The position numbers and the translations under genes are program-made. Shown here piece by piece: positions 46,957 to 57,897 of a stretch of 64,000 bases of DNA. A model generated the notes under the pieces. That model had not been told where the DNA came from and searched no databases. It worked only from the letters and a program-made list of their open reading frames with translations. The first letter of the stretch is position 1, and every line of letters begins with the position of its first letter. The DNA comes from Vicinamibacterales bacterium (lineage in GTDB: Bacteria; Acidobacteriota; Vicinamibacteria; Vicinamibacterales; UBA2999), in contig JBFWUK010000006.1 of NCBI GenBank assembly GCA_050247355.1, positions 46,593 through 110,592 on the forward strand. Direction: 5' to 3'.

Positions 46957-47373
46957 ATGTCACCCGAATTGTTCGCGATGATCTTCGTGCTCGTTGTCTT
47001 TGCCGGCGTCTTCATCGTGTTCATGGGCTTGCGGCAGCGGTCGCACCACCTCGAGATGCTGCACCGGGAGCGCATGGCGTTGATCGAGCGCGGCATCGTC
47101 CCCGGCCCCGAAGACGGGTTCGCGCATGGCGGCCACCGGCCGGGCACCGGCCGCCAGGGCTATTCCACGCGGTCGATGTCGCTCGGCATCATCGTGGTCG
47201 CGATTGGCCTGGGATTGATGACCATCATCTCGGTCGCCGCAGAGGCCCCCGAAACCGGCATCGGCGTTGGCGGCGCCATTGCCATCGTCGGTGCTGCGTT
47301 CATCGTCAACAGCCTCGTCAATCGGGGACAGTCGACGCCATCGCCGCGAGTGGACGACCGTCCGCAAGGGTAG
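46957..47373 (+). CDS. Small membrane protein, DUF6249-like
   Basis: TM, then HRERMALIERG, then two TMs. Confidence 0.7.
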   Translation: MSPELFAMIFVLVVFAGVFIVFMGLRQRSHHLEMLHRERMALIERGIVPGPEDGFAHGGHRPGTGRQGYSTRSMSLGIIVVAIGLGLMTIISVAAEAPETGIGVGGAIAIVGAAFIVNSLVNRGQSTPSPRVDDRPQG

Positions 47374-47601
47374 GGTCTGCCGAATCCAACGGCAGAGAGC
47401 TTGTATCTCTTTTCTCCACTACAGTTAACCGACAGGCCGCGTCGCGCCGATAAGTCCCCTTGCAGGGGACTTGAGCGGGACTCCCGCGCAATTACCCCTG
47501 GACCACTGAGTCAAGATCGCTAGTCCGTGATCCAAAGACTCATTGAGTCATATATAATACCAAACAGTTACACATTGGCATGTAACTGAGAGGGCGAAGC
47601 T

Positions 47602-48255
47602 GTGACACATTGGAAGCGCGCTGCCGGACAACTGACCGCCCTCTTCCTGTGCGTGGTGGGTCCGGCTTGCGCTTCGGAGCCTGCGTCACTCGTCGTGCCC
47701 AGTTATGACGTATTTACCAGCAGAATGGTCCAGATTTCCGCCGACCTCACGGGGGATGGCCGGCTCGACCAGTGGACGTACATGGACGGAAACCGGCCGA
47801 TCCGCGGGGAAGCCGACACCGATGGTGATGGGCGTATCGATCGCTGGGAGTACTTCGACGGTAACGCGACCTTGATCTCCATTGGCACGTCCAGCTTGAA
47901 CGACGGGGTGGAAGACACCTGGACATCGCCGGCGGCAGCCAATGGCGACACCCTGTTACGGCGGTCACGGCACCGCGACCGGGCCATTGACCGATGGGAG
48001 ACGTTCCGCGACGATGTCCTCCAGCGGGCGGAGGAGGACACCAATACCGATGGGCGCCTGGACAAGTGGGATATCTTCGAGAACGGCGTGCTTCGCGAGG
48101 TCCGATTCGACACGACCTTCCAGCGCGGCCGGGCTGATCGCCTCCTTCGTTATGGTCCGCAGGGGGCGTTGGAGTCGATCGAAGCCGATGATGATGGCGA
48201 CGGTCGTTTTGAACCGCTCCCCCCGGCGGCGCAAGCCGCGGAGCGAAAACGCTGA
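47602..48255 (+). CDS. Exported protein with DxDGDG (calcium-binding-like) repeats
   Basis: DLTGDGRLD, DTDGDGRID, DTNTDGRLD, DDDGDG repeats; possible lipobox GPAC. Confidence 0.7.
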   Translation: MTHWKRAAGQLTALFLCVVGPACASEPASLVVPSYDVFTSRMVQISADLTGDGRLDQWTYMDGNRPIRGEADTDGDGRIDRWEYFDGNATLISIGTSSLNDGVEDTWTSPAAANGDTLLRRSRHRDRAIDRWETFRDDVLQRAEEDTNTDGRLDKWDIFENGVLREVRFDTTFQRGRADRLLRYGPQGALESIEADDDGDGRFEPLPPAAQAAERKR

Positions 48256-49517
48256 TGAGATTTCCCTTAATGAGCACCAACCCAGGCTATAGCCGCCTTT
48301 GTCTCGTCCTAATAGGTGTGGGTCTGCTAGCGTTGCCCGCCGAGTCGCGAGCGCAGGGAGCCGTCGGTACCGGGCCGCTGACCGCCAGCCTGACCGATGT
48401 CGAGCCGACCACCGGTGTGTTGCGGGTCGGCCCCATTCGATTGGCGCCGGGCATCACCATCAGTCAGATCGGTGTCGACTCGAACATCTTCCATGAGGCA
48501 GAAAATCCCAAGGAAGACTTCATTGCCTCTGCCAAGCCGGACCTGGCGATTTTCACCCGACTGCGGTTCATCCAGGTGTCGGCGTACACCGGTATCGACG
48601 CCACCTACTTCAAGAAGTACACCGATGAGCGGTCGTGGGGCTACGCCGGCCGCGCCCGGGTCGACATCCTGCTCAGCCGGCTGTTTCCCTTCGTCGGGTA
48701 CGGCGAGACAAAAACACGCGAACGTCCAAACAGCGAAATCGACGTTCGCGCCGACAGTGTCCAGACCGAGAAGTCGGCCGGACTCGGCTTCAGGCTTTCG
48801 GAGACCTCCTCCGTGTATGTCTCGGCAAACCGCATGACCACGCGGTACCAGGGGGCGGTGGAGGAAGGCGTCGACCTCGGCCAGTCGTTGAATCGCCATG
48901 GCGACGACTTCAACGGCGGCCTGCGCACCGCCCTGACGCCCTTGACCACGCTGACGTTGCGGGCCGGCTACAAGCAAGACCTGTTCACCGGCGACGCCAC
49001 CCGCAATTCCGACAGCCGCTACGCGACCATCGGCCTGGCGTTCGCCCCGCAGGCGGTCATTACCGGCGCCGCGAGCATCGGCTACCAGGATTCGCGGCCC
49101 GCGGATCCCAAGGTCGAGCCGTTTCGCGGAATGACGGCGACGGCGTCGATCAGTTACGCCCTGCTCGAACTTGGCCGCATCAATTTCAGCGCCGCGCGCA
49201 GCACCGAATATTCCTTTGACGCGGCCGATGCGTATTTCCTCTCGAACATCTTCAACTTGTCGTACACGCACCGGTTGCTTGGCGACTTGGACGCTCAGAT
49301 TCAAGGCTCGCGCGCGCTCTCTGATTACGGGTATCGTGAAGGGACCGTTCCTCGCCGCGACACCACCGATACCGTCTCGGGCGGGCTCGGCTATAATCTC
49401 CGCAACCGGACCCGGGTAGCGCTGAGCTACGAGTACTCGCGCCGGCGCTCCCTAGAGCTACCTGAGCAGAACTACGAGGGTCGCCGTGTCTTTCTATCCT
49501 GGACGTATGCTTTCTGA
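48255..49517 (+). CDS. Outer-membrane beta-barrel associated with polysaccharide export
   Basis: Signal peptide, DSNIF motif, amphipathic strands, terminal WTYAF; adjacent to the OPX gene. Confidence 0.75.
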   Translation: MRFPLMSTNPGYSRLCLVLIGVGLLALPAESRAQGAVGTGPLTASLTDVEPTTGVLRVGPIRLAPGITISQIGVDSNIFHEAENPKEDFIASAKPDLAIFTRLRFIQVSAYTGIDATYFKKYTDERSWGYAGRARVDILLSRLFPFVGYGETKTRERPNSEIDVRADSVQTEKSAGLGFRLSETSSVYVSANRMTTRYQGAVEEGVDLGQSLNRHGDDFNGGLRTALTPLTTLTLRAGYKQDLFTGDATRNSDSRYATIGLAFAPQAVITGAASIGYQDSRPADPKVEPFRGMTATASISYALLELGRINFSAARSTEYSFDAADAYFLSNIFNLSYTHRLLGDLDAQIQGSRALSDYGYREGTVPRRDTTDTVSGGLGYNLRNRTRVALSYEYSRRRSLELPEQNYEGRRVFLSWTYAF

Positions 49518-49518
49518 G

Positions 49519-50379
49519 ATGCCGCAATTCCTGAGCGTCCTGTTCGTCTTCGCCTCGCTGTTCCAGCAGCCGGGCGTTCCACCCCTGCCACTGCCGCAAG
49601 CTCTGCCGTCGGCGCAGGCCGATCTTGCCTACGTCATCGGCCCGAGCGACGTGCTGGGCATCAAGGTGTTCGACGAACCGACCTTGAGCGGCCCCTACAA
49701 CGTCGACTCCGACGGCTCCATTACGTTCCCTCTCATCGGTCGGGTCGAGGTCAAGGGCATCACCGTCCGCGAGGTCGAGGCGCTGCTGACCAAGATGCTG
49801 ACGGGCGATTACTTTCGCCGCCCGCAGGTTTCGGTCGAGATTGCGCAGTACCGGAGCCGCTCGATTTTCGTGCTCGGCGAAGTCCGGACCCCGGGCAAGT
49901 ATTCGATCGAGGGTCAGGTCACCCTGCTCGAGGTGATCGCCAAGGCGGGGTCACTGACGCCGACCGCCGGCAATGAGATCGTGGTGCAGCGCTACAAGGA
50001 AGGCCTGCCCACCGTGCTGGCGCCGGCGCTTCCCGGCGACGAGCGCGCCGCCGAGGTGATGCGCGTCAGCATGGACGACCTGCGCGAAGGGCGGATCACG
50101 GCCAACCTGCTCCTGCAGGATGGCGATACGCTGTTCATCCCCGCGGCCGACAAGTTCTACGTCACCGGCTTCGTCCGCAGTCCGGGTGCGTTCGTCCTGG
50201 TGCCGAACATGACCGTCCGCCAGGCGATCGCGGTGGCGGGCGGCCTGTCCGAACGCGGGTCGGACCGCGGCATGAAGATCATTCGCCGGGTCAACAACAA
50301 GGAAGTCGAAGTCAACGTGAAGATGGGCGATCTCGTCAAGCCCAACGACACGCTCAAGATTCGCCAGCGCCTGCTCTAG
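49519..50379 (+). CDS. Polysaccharide export (OPX/Wza-like) protein, Poly_export plus 2 SLBB domains
   Basis: YVIGPSDVL, DGSITFPLIG, GEVRTPG, AGGLS. Confidence 0.88.
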   Translation: MPQFLSVLFVFASLFQQPGVPPLPLPQALPSAQADLAYVIGPSDVLGIKVFDEPTLSGPYNVDSDGSITFPLIGRVEVKGITVREVEALLTKMLTGDYFRRPQVSVEIAQYRSRSIFVLGEVRTPGKYSIEGQVTLLEVIAKAGSLTPTAGNEIVVQRYKEGLPTVLAPALPGDERAAEVMRVSMDDLREGRITANLLLQDGDTLFIPAADKFYVTGFVRSPGAFVLVPNMTVRQAIAVAGGLSERGSDRGMKIIRRVNNKEVEVNVKMGDLVKPNDTLKIRQRLL

Positions 50380-50419
50380 CCGCGCGCTCCCTGCCTGCGC
50401 GGATTCTCGCGCCCGCACC

Positions 50420-51232
50420 ATGAAACTCGTCATCGAAGCCGGCGTGTCGGCCGACCACTATTGGCGCGACATGTGGCGCTATCGCGAGCTGATGTACTTT
50501 CTCGCTTGGCGCGACCTGGCCGTCCGCTACAAGCAGACGGTGATCGGCGTCGCCTGGGCGCTGATTCGGCCCGCCATCACGATGCTGGTGTTCGTCGCCT
50601 TTCGCCGGCTGGTCGACGTGCCCGCTGGCGAGGTACCCGAGCCGTTGCTGGTCTTCGCCGCGGTCTTGCCGTGGCAGTTCTTCTCCTCGGCGCTCCTGGA
50701 ATCGTCCGCCAGCCTGATCGGCAACGCCGGATTGATCTCGAAGGTGTACTTCCCTCGCTTGTTGATTCCAACCGCGGCGGTGGTCACCGCGTTTGCGGAT
50801 TTCCTGATCATGCTGGCCATGCTGGCGGTGTTGATGGCCTGGTACGGCATTGCGCCAGGGTGGCCGATGCTGGCGCTCCCGTTCTTCACCGCGCTGGCGG
50901 GGTGCCTGGCGCTTGGCCTCGGGTTCCTCCTTGCCGCGCTCAACGTGCAGTACCGGGATTTCCGCTATATCGTGCCGTTCCTCATCCAGGTTGGCCTGTT
51001 CGTCTCGCCGATTGCGTTCACGACCGCCCACATGCCGGAGCGCTGGAAGGCGGCCTACATGTGGAACCCGCTGGTCGGCATCATCGACGGCTTTCGCTGG
51101 TCGATCCTCGACGGCCGCCTGGCCCTGGCGCCGCGTGCCGTCTGGCTTTCTGCGGCTCTCGCGCTCACCTCGATCCTGTTCGGCGTGTGGTACTTCAGGC
51201 GGGTCGAGCGGAGTTTTGCCGACGTGATCTAG
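50420..51232 (+). CDS. wzm: Glycan ABC exporter permease
   Basis: RYKQTVIGVAW, KVYFPR, RDF, NP, FADVI. Confidence 0.9.
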   Translation: MKLVIEAGVSADHYWRDMWRYRELMYFLAWRDLAVRYKQTVIGVAWALIRPAITMLVFVAFRRLVDVPAGEVPEPLLVFAAVLPWQFFSSALLESSASLIGNAGLISKVYFPRLLIPTAAVVTAFADFLIMLAMLAVLMAWYGIAPGWPMLALPFFTALAGCLALGLGFLLAALNVQYRDFRYIVPFLIQVGLFVSPIAFTTAHMPERWKAAYMWNPLVGIIDGFRWSILDGRLALAPRAVWLSAALALTSILFGVWYFRRVERSFADVI

Positions 51233-51236
51233 CCGC

Positions 51237-52511
51237 ATGAGCAGTCCGATCGTCAAGGCAGAGGGACTCGGCAAACGCTACCGCCTGCGGCACGCCGGCG
51301 AGAACCAGCGCTATGTCGCCTTGCGCGACGTGCTGGCCGCCAAGGCCCTGGCGCCGTGGCGCTGGTTCCGTGGCCGCGCCGCGGCGGCAACGCGCGAGGA
51401 CTTCTGGGCGCTGCGCGGCGTCAATTTCGAGATCGCCCCCGGTGAAGTGGTCGGTATCATCGGTCGCAACGGCGCCGGGAAGAGCACCCTGCTCAAGATC
51501 CTCAGCCGCATCACCGAGCCGACGGAAGGGCGGGTGACGCTGCGGGGGCGCGTCGCGAGCCTGCTCGAGGTCGGCACCGGATTTCACCCGGAACTGACCG
51601 GCCGCGAGAACATCTTTCTGAACGGCGCTATTCTCGGGATGTCGCGCGCCGAGATCACCCGCAAGTTCGATGAGATCGTGGCCTTTGCCGCGGTCGAGCG
51701 GTTTCTCGACACGCCGGTCAAGTACTACTCGTCCGGGATGTACGTGCGCCTGGCGTTCGCGGTGGCGGCGCACCTCGAGCCGGAGATTCTGATCGTCGAC
51801 GAGGTGCTCGCCGTCGGCGATGCCGAGTTCCAGAAGAAATGCCTGGGCAAGATGCACGACGTGAGCCGGGGCGGCCGCACGGTGCTGTTCGTCAGCCACA
51901 ACATGGCGGCGGTCAAGAGCCTGACCTCGCGCGGCATCGTCTTGCACGAGGGCCGGGTCGAGTTCGATGGCGGGTCGGCGGCGGCCATTGACCGCTACCT
52001 GGCGACGACCGCGGACGGGACGGCCGCCGATCCCTACCTCGGCCGCGGCCGGCACACGGCGATCATCAGTTCCCGGCTGCTCGATACCGCCGGCACAGGT
52101 GTCAGCCGCTACGATCCCGGCCGCCCGCTGCGGATCGAGATTGTCCTCGAAACCGACGGCCAACCCGGCTTGTCGCTGGAAGCATTTCTTTGCGACCCTG
52201 CTCATCAGAAGCTGGGACTGGCGTCGATTCACCAGTTTCACGGGCTGACGCTGCCCGAGCGCGCCGGCCGCTACCACGTGGTCCTCGAGCTGGGCGAAAT
52301 GTGGCTGGCGTCCGGATCGTACAGCCTCGATCTGACGACCTCGATCGTGAACTCGAACTGGGACCACTACGTCGAGCGCGCGCTCGAGTTCGAGGTCACC
52401 CCGGCGAATGCCGGGGGGCAGCCGTGGGACTTCAAGCACAGCCTTGGCTACGGCGCCCTGGCGCTGCCTTGTGTCCGGCCTCCACAGTTCCGGGACCAGC
52501 CGAGTGAGTAG
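51237..52511 (+). CDS. wzt: Glycan ABC exporter ATPase with C-terminal Wzt_C-like domain
   Basis: GRNGAGKS, YSSGM, DEVLAVGD, VSH, and a C-terminal extension. Confidence 0.92.
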   Translation: MSSPIVKAEGLGKRYRLRHAGENQRYVALRDVLAAKALAPWRWFRGRAAAATREDFWALRGVNFEIAPGEVVGIIGRNGAGKSTLLKILSRITEPTEGRVTLRGRVASLLEVGTGFHPELTGRENIFLNGAILGMSRAEITRKFDEIVAFAAVERFLDTPVKYYSSGMYVRLAFAVAAHLEPEILIVDEVLAVGDAEFQKKCLGKMHDVSRGGRTVLFVSHNMAAVKSLTSRGIVLHEGRVEFDGGSAAAIDRYLATTADGTAADPYLGRGRHTAIISSRLLDTAGTGVSRYDPGRPLRIEIVLETDGQPGLSLEAFLCDPAHQKLGLASIHQFHGLTLPERAGRYHVVLELGEMWLASGSYSLDLTTSIVNSNWDHYVERALEFEVTPANAGGQPWDFKHSLGYGALALPCVRPPQFRDQPSE

Positions 52512-53454
52512 TCCGGATGGCATCACGCGCTGCCCGGCGTGCGGTGCGGCCGAGACCAACCCGGTGGGCCTGCCGGCCAGCGGCTTCGACAGTGACGAGG
52601 GTGGCCGCCGCTTTCACCAACCGGCCTACCGAATCCGCCACTGCGCCAACTGCGGCTTGTACTTCAAGTCACACACCATCGAGCTGTCGGCCCTGGACGA
52701 CTACTATCAGCGGCACGATTACACCGTCTACGAACACGGCGACCGCTTTCCCACCGACCGCTTCCTCGACCGCTCTCTCTCGCGCCTTGCCGACGGGAGC
52801 CGTGTCCTGGACTTCGGCTGCAGCACGGGTCGGATCCTGAAAGAGGCGGTATCGCGACTGGCCTGCTACGGGTTCGAGCCGAATGCCGAAGCCGCCGCCG
52901 TGGCCGCCGGGCGGGGCATCACCATGCTTAGCGAGCCGCAACTGGTCGAGCACCAGCGAACCGGTTTTGACGCGATCATCCTGGCGGATGTCTACGAGCA
53001 TCTGCCGCAACCGGTTGAGCTGTTCGGCCGCCTGTGCCGATTGTTGAAACCCGGCGCCTGGCTGGCGGTCGTCACCGGCAATGCCGACGCCATTCGCGAC
53101 CGCGATCTGATCGCCGAGTTCTGGTACTTCCGGGTGCCGGCCCACATCGTGATGTTGAGCGAGCGCCATGTGCGCTGGCTCGCCGGCCGGTTTGGACTCG
53201 AGCTGGCGACGCTGCATCACTGCAGCCATTACGATCGGCCGCTGGCCGAGCGCCTGACGCAGCACGCGCGGTCGGCCGCTTACGCCTGGCAGCGGCCGCA
53301 CCGCACCGGCGCGGTGTCTGGGATCCTGAGAAGGATCCCGATTGTCAATCGTGCCTCCGGGTGGGCGAATGCGCCGGTCCTGGACAGCACGCGCGACCAC
53401 GTGGTCGCGGTGTTTCGCCGGCCGGCGCGACCGGTGGTGGAATCGACCTCATGA
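52504..53454 (+). CDS. Class I SAM methyltransferase with N-terminal CxxC zinc motif
   Basis: [23 protein letters not shown]. Confidence 0.85.
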   Translation: MSSPDGITRCPACGAAETNPVGLPASGFDSDEGGRRFHQPAYRIRHCANCGLYFKSHTIELSALDDYYQRHDYTVYEHGDRFPTDRFLDRSLSRLADGSRVLDFGCSTGRILKEAVSRLACYGFEPNAEAAAVAAGRGITMLSEPQLVEHQRTGFDAIILADVYEHLPQPVELFGRLCRLLKPGAWLAVVTGNADAIRDRDLIAEFWYFRVPAHIVMLSERHVRWLAGRFGLELATLHHCSHYDRPLAERLTQHARSAAYAWQRPHRTGAVSGILRRIPIVNRASGWANAPVLDSTRDHVVAVFRRPARPVVESTS

Positions 53455-54506
53455 AGACCCTGCTCGTTACCGGCTCGTCTGGCTTGATTGGTTCCGAGGT
53501 GTGCAGCTTCTTCGGCCGCGAACTCGGCTACCAGGTGCACGGTGTTGACAACAATCAGCGGGCGGTGTTCTTCGGCCCCCAGGGCGACACCCGGTGGAAC
53601 CAGCAACGGCTGCTTCGTGAGGTGCCCGGCTTCGTGCACCACGAGCTCGACATCCGCGACCGCGATGGGGTCCGCGACCTGGTAGCGCGCGTGAAGCCGA
53701 GCGCCATCGTTCACGCCGCGGCGCAACCGAGTCACGATCGCGCCGCGGCCATCCCGTTCGACGACTTCGATACCAATGCCACCGGCACACTGAACCTGCT
53801 CGAAGCCGCCAGGCGATCCTGCCCCGAGTCGCCATTCGTTCACATGTCGACCAACAAGGTCTACGGCGATGCGCCGAACCGGATCGCGCTCCGCGAGCTC
53901 GAGACTCGATGGGACTACGCCGATGCCGCCTACGCACACGGCATTCCTGAGACGTTCACGATTGATCAGTCGACGCATTCGCTGTTTGGCGCTTCGAAGG
54001 TGGCGTCCGACGTCATGGTGCAGGAGTACGGCCGCTACTTCGGCATGCCGACCTGCTGCCTGCGCGGCGGGTGCCTCACCGGCCCAAACCACTCGGGCGT
54101 CGAACTGCACGGGTTCCTGTCATATCTGGTGAAGTGCAATCTCGAGGGCCGGCCGTACACGGTCTTTGGCTACAAGGGCAAACAGGTTCGCGACAACATC
54201 CACTCGCTGGACGTGGCCCGCTTCATGGCGGCGTTCGTCGAGGCGCCGCGCGCCGGCGAGGTCTACAACCTGGGCGGCGGCAAGGATAACTCCTGCTCGA
54301 TCCTCGAGGCGTTCTCTCTCACCGAGGGCTTCACCGGCAAGCCGCAGCAGTACACCTACTCCGAACAAAACCGGACCGGCGATCATATCTGCTACTACTC
54401 GGACCTGCGCAAGATGCGGGCGCACTATCCGGCGTGGGACATCTCGAAGTCTCTCGCGGCAACCGTGCAAGAGATCGTCGAGGCGTGGACCCGTCGTACC
54501 GCGTGA
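53451..54506 (+). CDS. NAD-dependent epimerase, CDP-paratose 2-epimerase-like
   Basis: [30 protein letters not shown]. Confidence 0.85.
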   Translation: MKTLLVTGSSGLIGSEVCSFFGRELGYQVHGVDNNQRAVFFGPQGDTRWNQQRLLREVPGFVHHELDIRDRDGVRDLVARVKPSAIVHAAAQPSHDRAAAIPFDDFDTNATGTLNLLEAARRSCPESPFVHMSTNKVYGDAPNRIALRELETRWDYADAAYAHGIPETFTIDQSTHSLFGASKVASDVMVQEYGRYFGMPTCCLRGGCLTGPNHSGVELHGFLSYLVKCNLEGRPYTVFGYKGKQVRDNIHSLDVARFMAAFVEAPRAGEVYNLGGGKDNSCSILEAFSLTEGFTGKPQQYTYSEQNRTGDHICYYSDLRKMRAHYPAWDISKSLAATVQEIVEAWTRRTA

Positions 54507-55717
54507 CGACCGGCGACCTGCCGAACCTACTCTACGTGGGCGACGTAGCGGTCGAGGCCTCCCACCATGGCTCGGCCCTGCTGTACCGGATGCTCGAGCA
54601 CTATCCCGGCGATCGGCTCAGGGTGATGGAATGCGGACTGCCGTCGCGGCCGGAGCGGCGCCTGCCCGGCGTCAGCTATCTCGAACTCCCGATTGGCCGT
54701 CGGCGCTGGCTGAACTCCCGCTTCCATGCCACGTACTCGGCGTGGTTGTCGCTCACGGCGGCGAGGCGCGTGCCGTCGGCCCTGGCGCAGCTCGGCGAGT
54801 TCCGCCCGACTGCGGTCGTCACGGTCTGCCATGGATACGGTTGGCTGTTGGCGGCGGCGCTGGCGCACCGCCTTGACCGGCCGCTGCACCTGATCGTCCA
54901 CGACGACTGGCCGCGACTCTCGGGAGTCGCGCGCAGCGTGCAGGGCTGGCTCGAGCGCCGGTTCGCCCGCATCTACCGCCAGGCTGGGAGCCGCCTGTGC
55001 GTGTCGCCATTCATGGCGGAGGAGTACCAACGCCGCTACGGCACGGCGGGCGACGTGCTGTACCCGTTTCGGTCCAGCGGCTGCCCGGTCTTCGAGGTGA
55101 AGCCGGCACCCGCGATCGCCGATCGTGAGATCGTGATCGGCTACGGCGGCAACAGCGGTCCTGATATTGCTGCCGGATTGAAGGACCTGGCGGCGGCGCT
55201 GGCTCGCGTCAACGCGCGCGTGGTGGTGTTCGGACCATTTGGCGAACGAGAACAGAGGGAACTGCTCGCCATCTCGCCGTCGTTCACCTTCCGCGGCCTC
55301 GTTCCGTATGACGAGATGATTCGCGGGCTGCGGGCCGAATCGGACGTGTTGTTCGTGCCGATGGCTTTTGCCGCCGCTTCGCGCGACAACATGGTGGTCT
55401 CGTTTCCCAGCAAGCTGGCCGACTACACCGCGGCCGGTCTGCCGCTCCTGATCTACGGTCCGCCGTACGCCTCTGCCGTGCGCTGGGCGCGCGAGCACGC
55501 CCCGGTCGCGGAGGTGGTGGACCAGGAAGGCCCGGCTGGCCTGGCCGCCGCCCTCAGCGGCCTCGTGACCGACCCGGCCCGCCAGCACGAACTGGCGGGC
55601 CGAGCGCTGAAAGTGGGTGCCGCATGCTTCGGCGCGGCCGCCGGGCGTGAGCGTTTCTACGCGGCGCTGGGAGTCTCCGGTCGCAGCGGGCCTCGTGGCG
55701 ACCAGGAGCGCGGCTGA
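54503..55717 (+). CDS. Glycosyltransferase (GT-B)
   Basis: [16 protein letters not shown]. Confidence 0.75.
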   Translation: MTTGDLPNLLYVGDVAVEASHHGSALLYRMLEHYPGDRLRVMECGLPSRPERRLPGVSYLELPIGRRRWLNSRFHATYSAWLSLTAARRVPSALAQLGEFRPTAVVTVCHGYGWLLAAALAHRLDRPLHLIVHDDWPRLSGVARSVQGWLERRFARIYRQAGSRLCVSPFMAEEYQRRYGTAGDVLYPFRSSGCPVFEVKPAPAIADREIVIGYGGNSGPDIAAGLKDLAAALARVNARVVVFGPFGEREQRELLAISPSFTFRGLVPYDEMIRGLRAESDVLFVPMAFAAASRDNMVVSFPSKLADYTAAGLPLLIYGPPYASAVRWAREHAPVAEVVDQEGPAGLAAALSGLVTDPARQHELAGRALKVGAACFGAAAGRERFYAALGVSGRSGPRGDQERG

Positions 55718-55718
55718 G

Positions 55719-56720
55719 ATGGCGGCCGCCAGGCCTGCCGACGTGCGGGTGTACCTTTTCACCTACCGCCGCAACCACCTCCTGCCCCGCGCGCTCAAGA
55801 GCTTGCTGGCACAAACCCATACCAACTGGGTTTGCGAACTGCACAACGACGACCCAAGCGACCCGTTTCCGGCCCGGCTGATGGCCGAGGTCAACGATCC
55901 GCGCATCTCCTACGTAGGCCACGAGAGGAACCTCGGCCCGACCGCCACCTTCAATCACCTGTTTCAGCCGGTCGCCGAGCCGTTTGTCAGCCTGCTCGAG
56001 GACGACAACTGGTGGGAGCCCGAGCTGCTGGCGCGCTTGCTGTCGGCGATCGAAGGGTTCCCGGGCGTCAACCTCGCGTGGGCCAACTGCCATCGCTGGC
56101 GCGAGACCGATGCCGGCGAGTGGGAGCGAGCCGGCACAATCTGGCCGCTCGACCCTCAGGCGCCTTTCACAGTCTTTGCCACGCCAGATCCGCGGCAGGT
56201 CTGTGGTGCCCTTCACTCGAACGGCGCCATGATTCTGAGGGTCACCGCCGAAACGATGGTGCCATGCCCCGGCGAAATGCCGGTCTTTGCGATCGAACCA
56301 ATCCGCGAGCGCGTGTACCCGGGCGCCCTGTTGCTGATCCGCGAGCCCCTGGCGAATTTTGCTCTTACGCGTGAGACGTGGCGCACCGAGACTGCCGACG
56401 AGAACTTGCAGGTTCTGGTGCTGCTGGCGGAGACATTCCTGGCGCGGTCACGCTTCTCGAATGCGTTCTATCGGCAGATGTGGACTGCCTGCCGGGGCTC
56501 GCGCGGCCACCAGCATCGCGCTCTGGTCGTCGGCGCGTTCCTCGCGGGTCGCCTGACCCACGTCCTGCGCAATGCCCGGCTTGCGGACCTGCCGGTCATC
56601 GCGGGGTGGGCACTGCGTCACCCCATACGATTCGCCAGGCTGTTCCGCGCGCGGCGCCGGTTTCCCGAGGTCGCCGCCTTTCTTCAGACCGCCGCGCTGC
56701 GCGCCGCCAGTCATGGCTGA
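55719..56720 (+). CDS. Glycosyltransferase family 2
   Basis: TYRR..L.RALKSLLAQT, ND, NLG, LEDDN. Confidence 0.82.
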   Translation: MAAARPADVRVYLFTYRRNHLLPRALKSLLAQTHTNWVCELHNDDPSDPFPARLMAEVNDPRISYVGHERNLGPTATFNHLFQPVAEPFVSLLEDDNWWEPELLARLLSAIEGFPGVNLAWANCHRWRETDAGEWERAGTIWPLDPQAPFTVFATPDPRQVCGALHSNGAMILRVTAETMVPCPGEMPVFAIEPIRERVYPGALLLIREPLANFALTRETWRTETADENLQVLVLLAETFLARSRFSNAFYRQMWTACRGSRGHQHRALVVGAFLAGRLTHVLRNARLADLPVIAGWALRHPIRFARLFRARRRFPEVAAFLQTAALRAASHG

Positions 56721-57897
56721 GGTCCGGCCGCTGCGGCTGGCCTATGTCACCATTGGCAGGGCCGACGACGTTCGCGAATGGTCCGGCTTGAATGCCGCGA
56801 TTCGCGATTCACTCATCCAACAACAATGCGTCGTCGAGGACGTGGACCAACTCGGCACCAGCTACTCTCTGCGTCTCAGGCTGCGGAAACGACTGCATTC
56901 GTCGCTGTTTGGGACGACCTACGCGATTGAGCGGAGTCCGGTGGCGGCGGCGCGGTGGTCGCGCATTGCCGGCGAGCGGATCGCCGGGCTCGCACCCGTT
57001 GACGCGGTCGTCTCGCCGGGCGCCATGCCGGTGGCCTTCCTCGGCGGTCGTGAACCGCTGGCGATCTGGGCCGACGCGACCTTTCACTCGCTTCGCGAAG
57101 CGTACCCCGAACACGGGCGCTACTCCCGCCAGTCAATCGAGGAAGGCGACCGGATCGAGACCGCCGCGCTCAACCGGGCGAGGCTGATTTGTTTTGCCTC
57201 CGACTGGGCCGCCAACGACGCCGTTGCTTACTACGGCATCGCACGCCACAAGGTCCAGGTCATTCCGTTCGGGGCTAACTGTCCGGCGCCATTCACCACC
57301 GCCGAGGCCGCCGCGCGGTCGGTTGCCCAGCGCGACTGGTCGGTGACGCGGTTTGCCTTCGTTGGGGTCGACTGGCACCGCAAGGGTGGCGACCTGGCGG
57401 TGGCCATCGTCAGGCGCTTGAACGAACGCGGCACCAGAAGCTCGCTGTCGGTGGTCGGGTGTAAGCCGCCAGACCAGGTTGCCGACCTGCCGTTCGTGGA
57501 GTGCCACGGCTTTCTCTCGAAGGCAGACCCGGTCGGCCATCAACGGCTTCACCAGATCTTGCTCGCGTCGCATTTCCTGCTCGTGCCGACTCTTGCCGAG
57601 TGCTTCGGTCTGGTGTTCGCCGAAGCCTCGGCGTATGCACTGCCCTCGATCAGCCGCGCCGTTGGCGGCGTCCCCAGTGCCGTCATCAACGGTCGAACCG
57701 GCGTTCTCTGTCCCGCCGACGCCGGTGCCGACGCCTATTGCGACGCCCTGCGACCGCTGCTCGCAGACCGCACTCGCTATGCGGCGATGTGCGGCGAGGC
57801 TTACCGCGACTATGCCGGCCGGTTGAACTGGGGTGCCGCCGGCCGCCGGTTTGTCGCGGCACTGCGGGCCGTGCTGGCCGATCGCGCCATGTCATGA
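56713..57897 (+). CDS. Glycosyltransferase family 4
   Basis: RKGG, ECFGLVFAEA, GG. Confidence 0.88.
   Translation: MAEVRPLRLAYVTIGRADDVREWSGLNAAIRDSLIQQQCVVEDVDQLGTSYSLRLRLRKRLHSSLFGTTYAIERSPVAAARWSRIAGERIAGLAPVDAVVSPGAMPVAFLGGREPLAIWADATFHSLREAYPEHGRYSRQSIEEGDRIETAALNRARLICFASDWAANDAVAYYGIARHKVQVIPFGANCPAPFTTAEAAARSVAQRDWSVTRFAFVGVDWHRKGGDLAVAIVRRLNERGTRSSLSVVGCKPPDQVADLPFVECHGFLSKADPVGHQRLHQILLASHFLLVPTLAECFGLVFAEASAYALPSISRAVGGVPSAVINGRTGVLCPADAGADAYCDALRPLLADRTRYAAMCGEAYRDYAGRLNWGAAGRRFVAALRAVLADRAMS

Noticed and set aside
44664..47373. Genomic island or prophage integrated at tRNA-Leu
   Set aside because: No integrase or duplicated tRNA 3' end was found; tig lies directly downstream and dam is on the 5' side.
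47576..47592. Sigma54 promoter TTGGCATG... (also TTGCAC repeats at 8538-8553)
   Set aside because: Neither site has the -12 TTGC at the required GG-N10-GC spacing.
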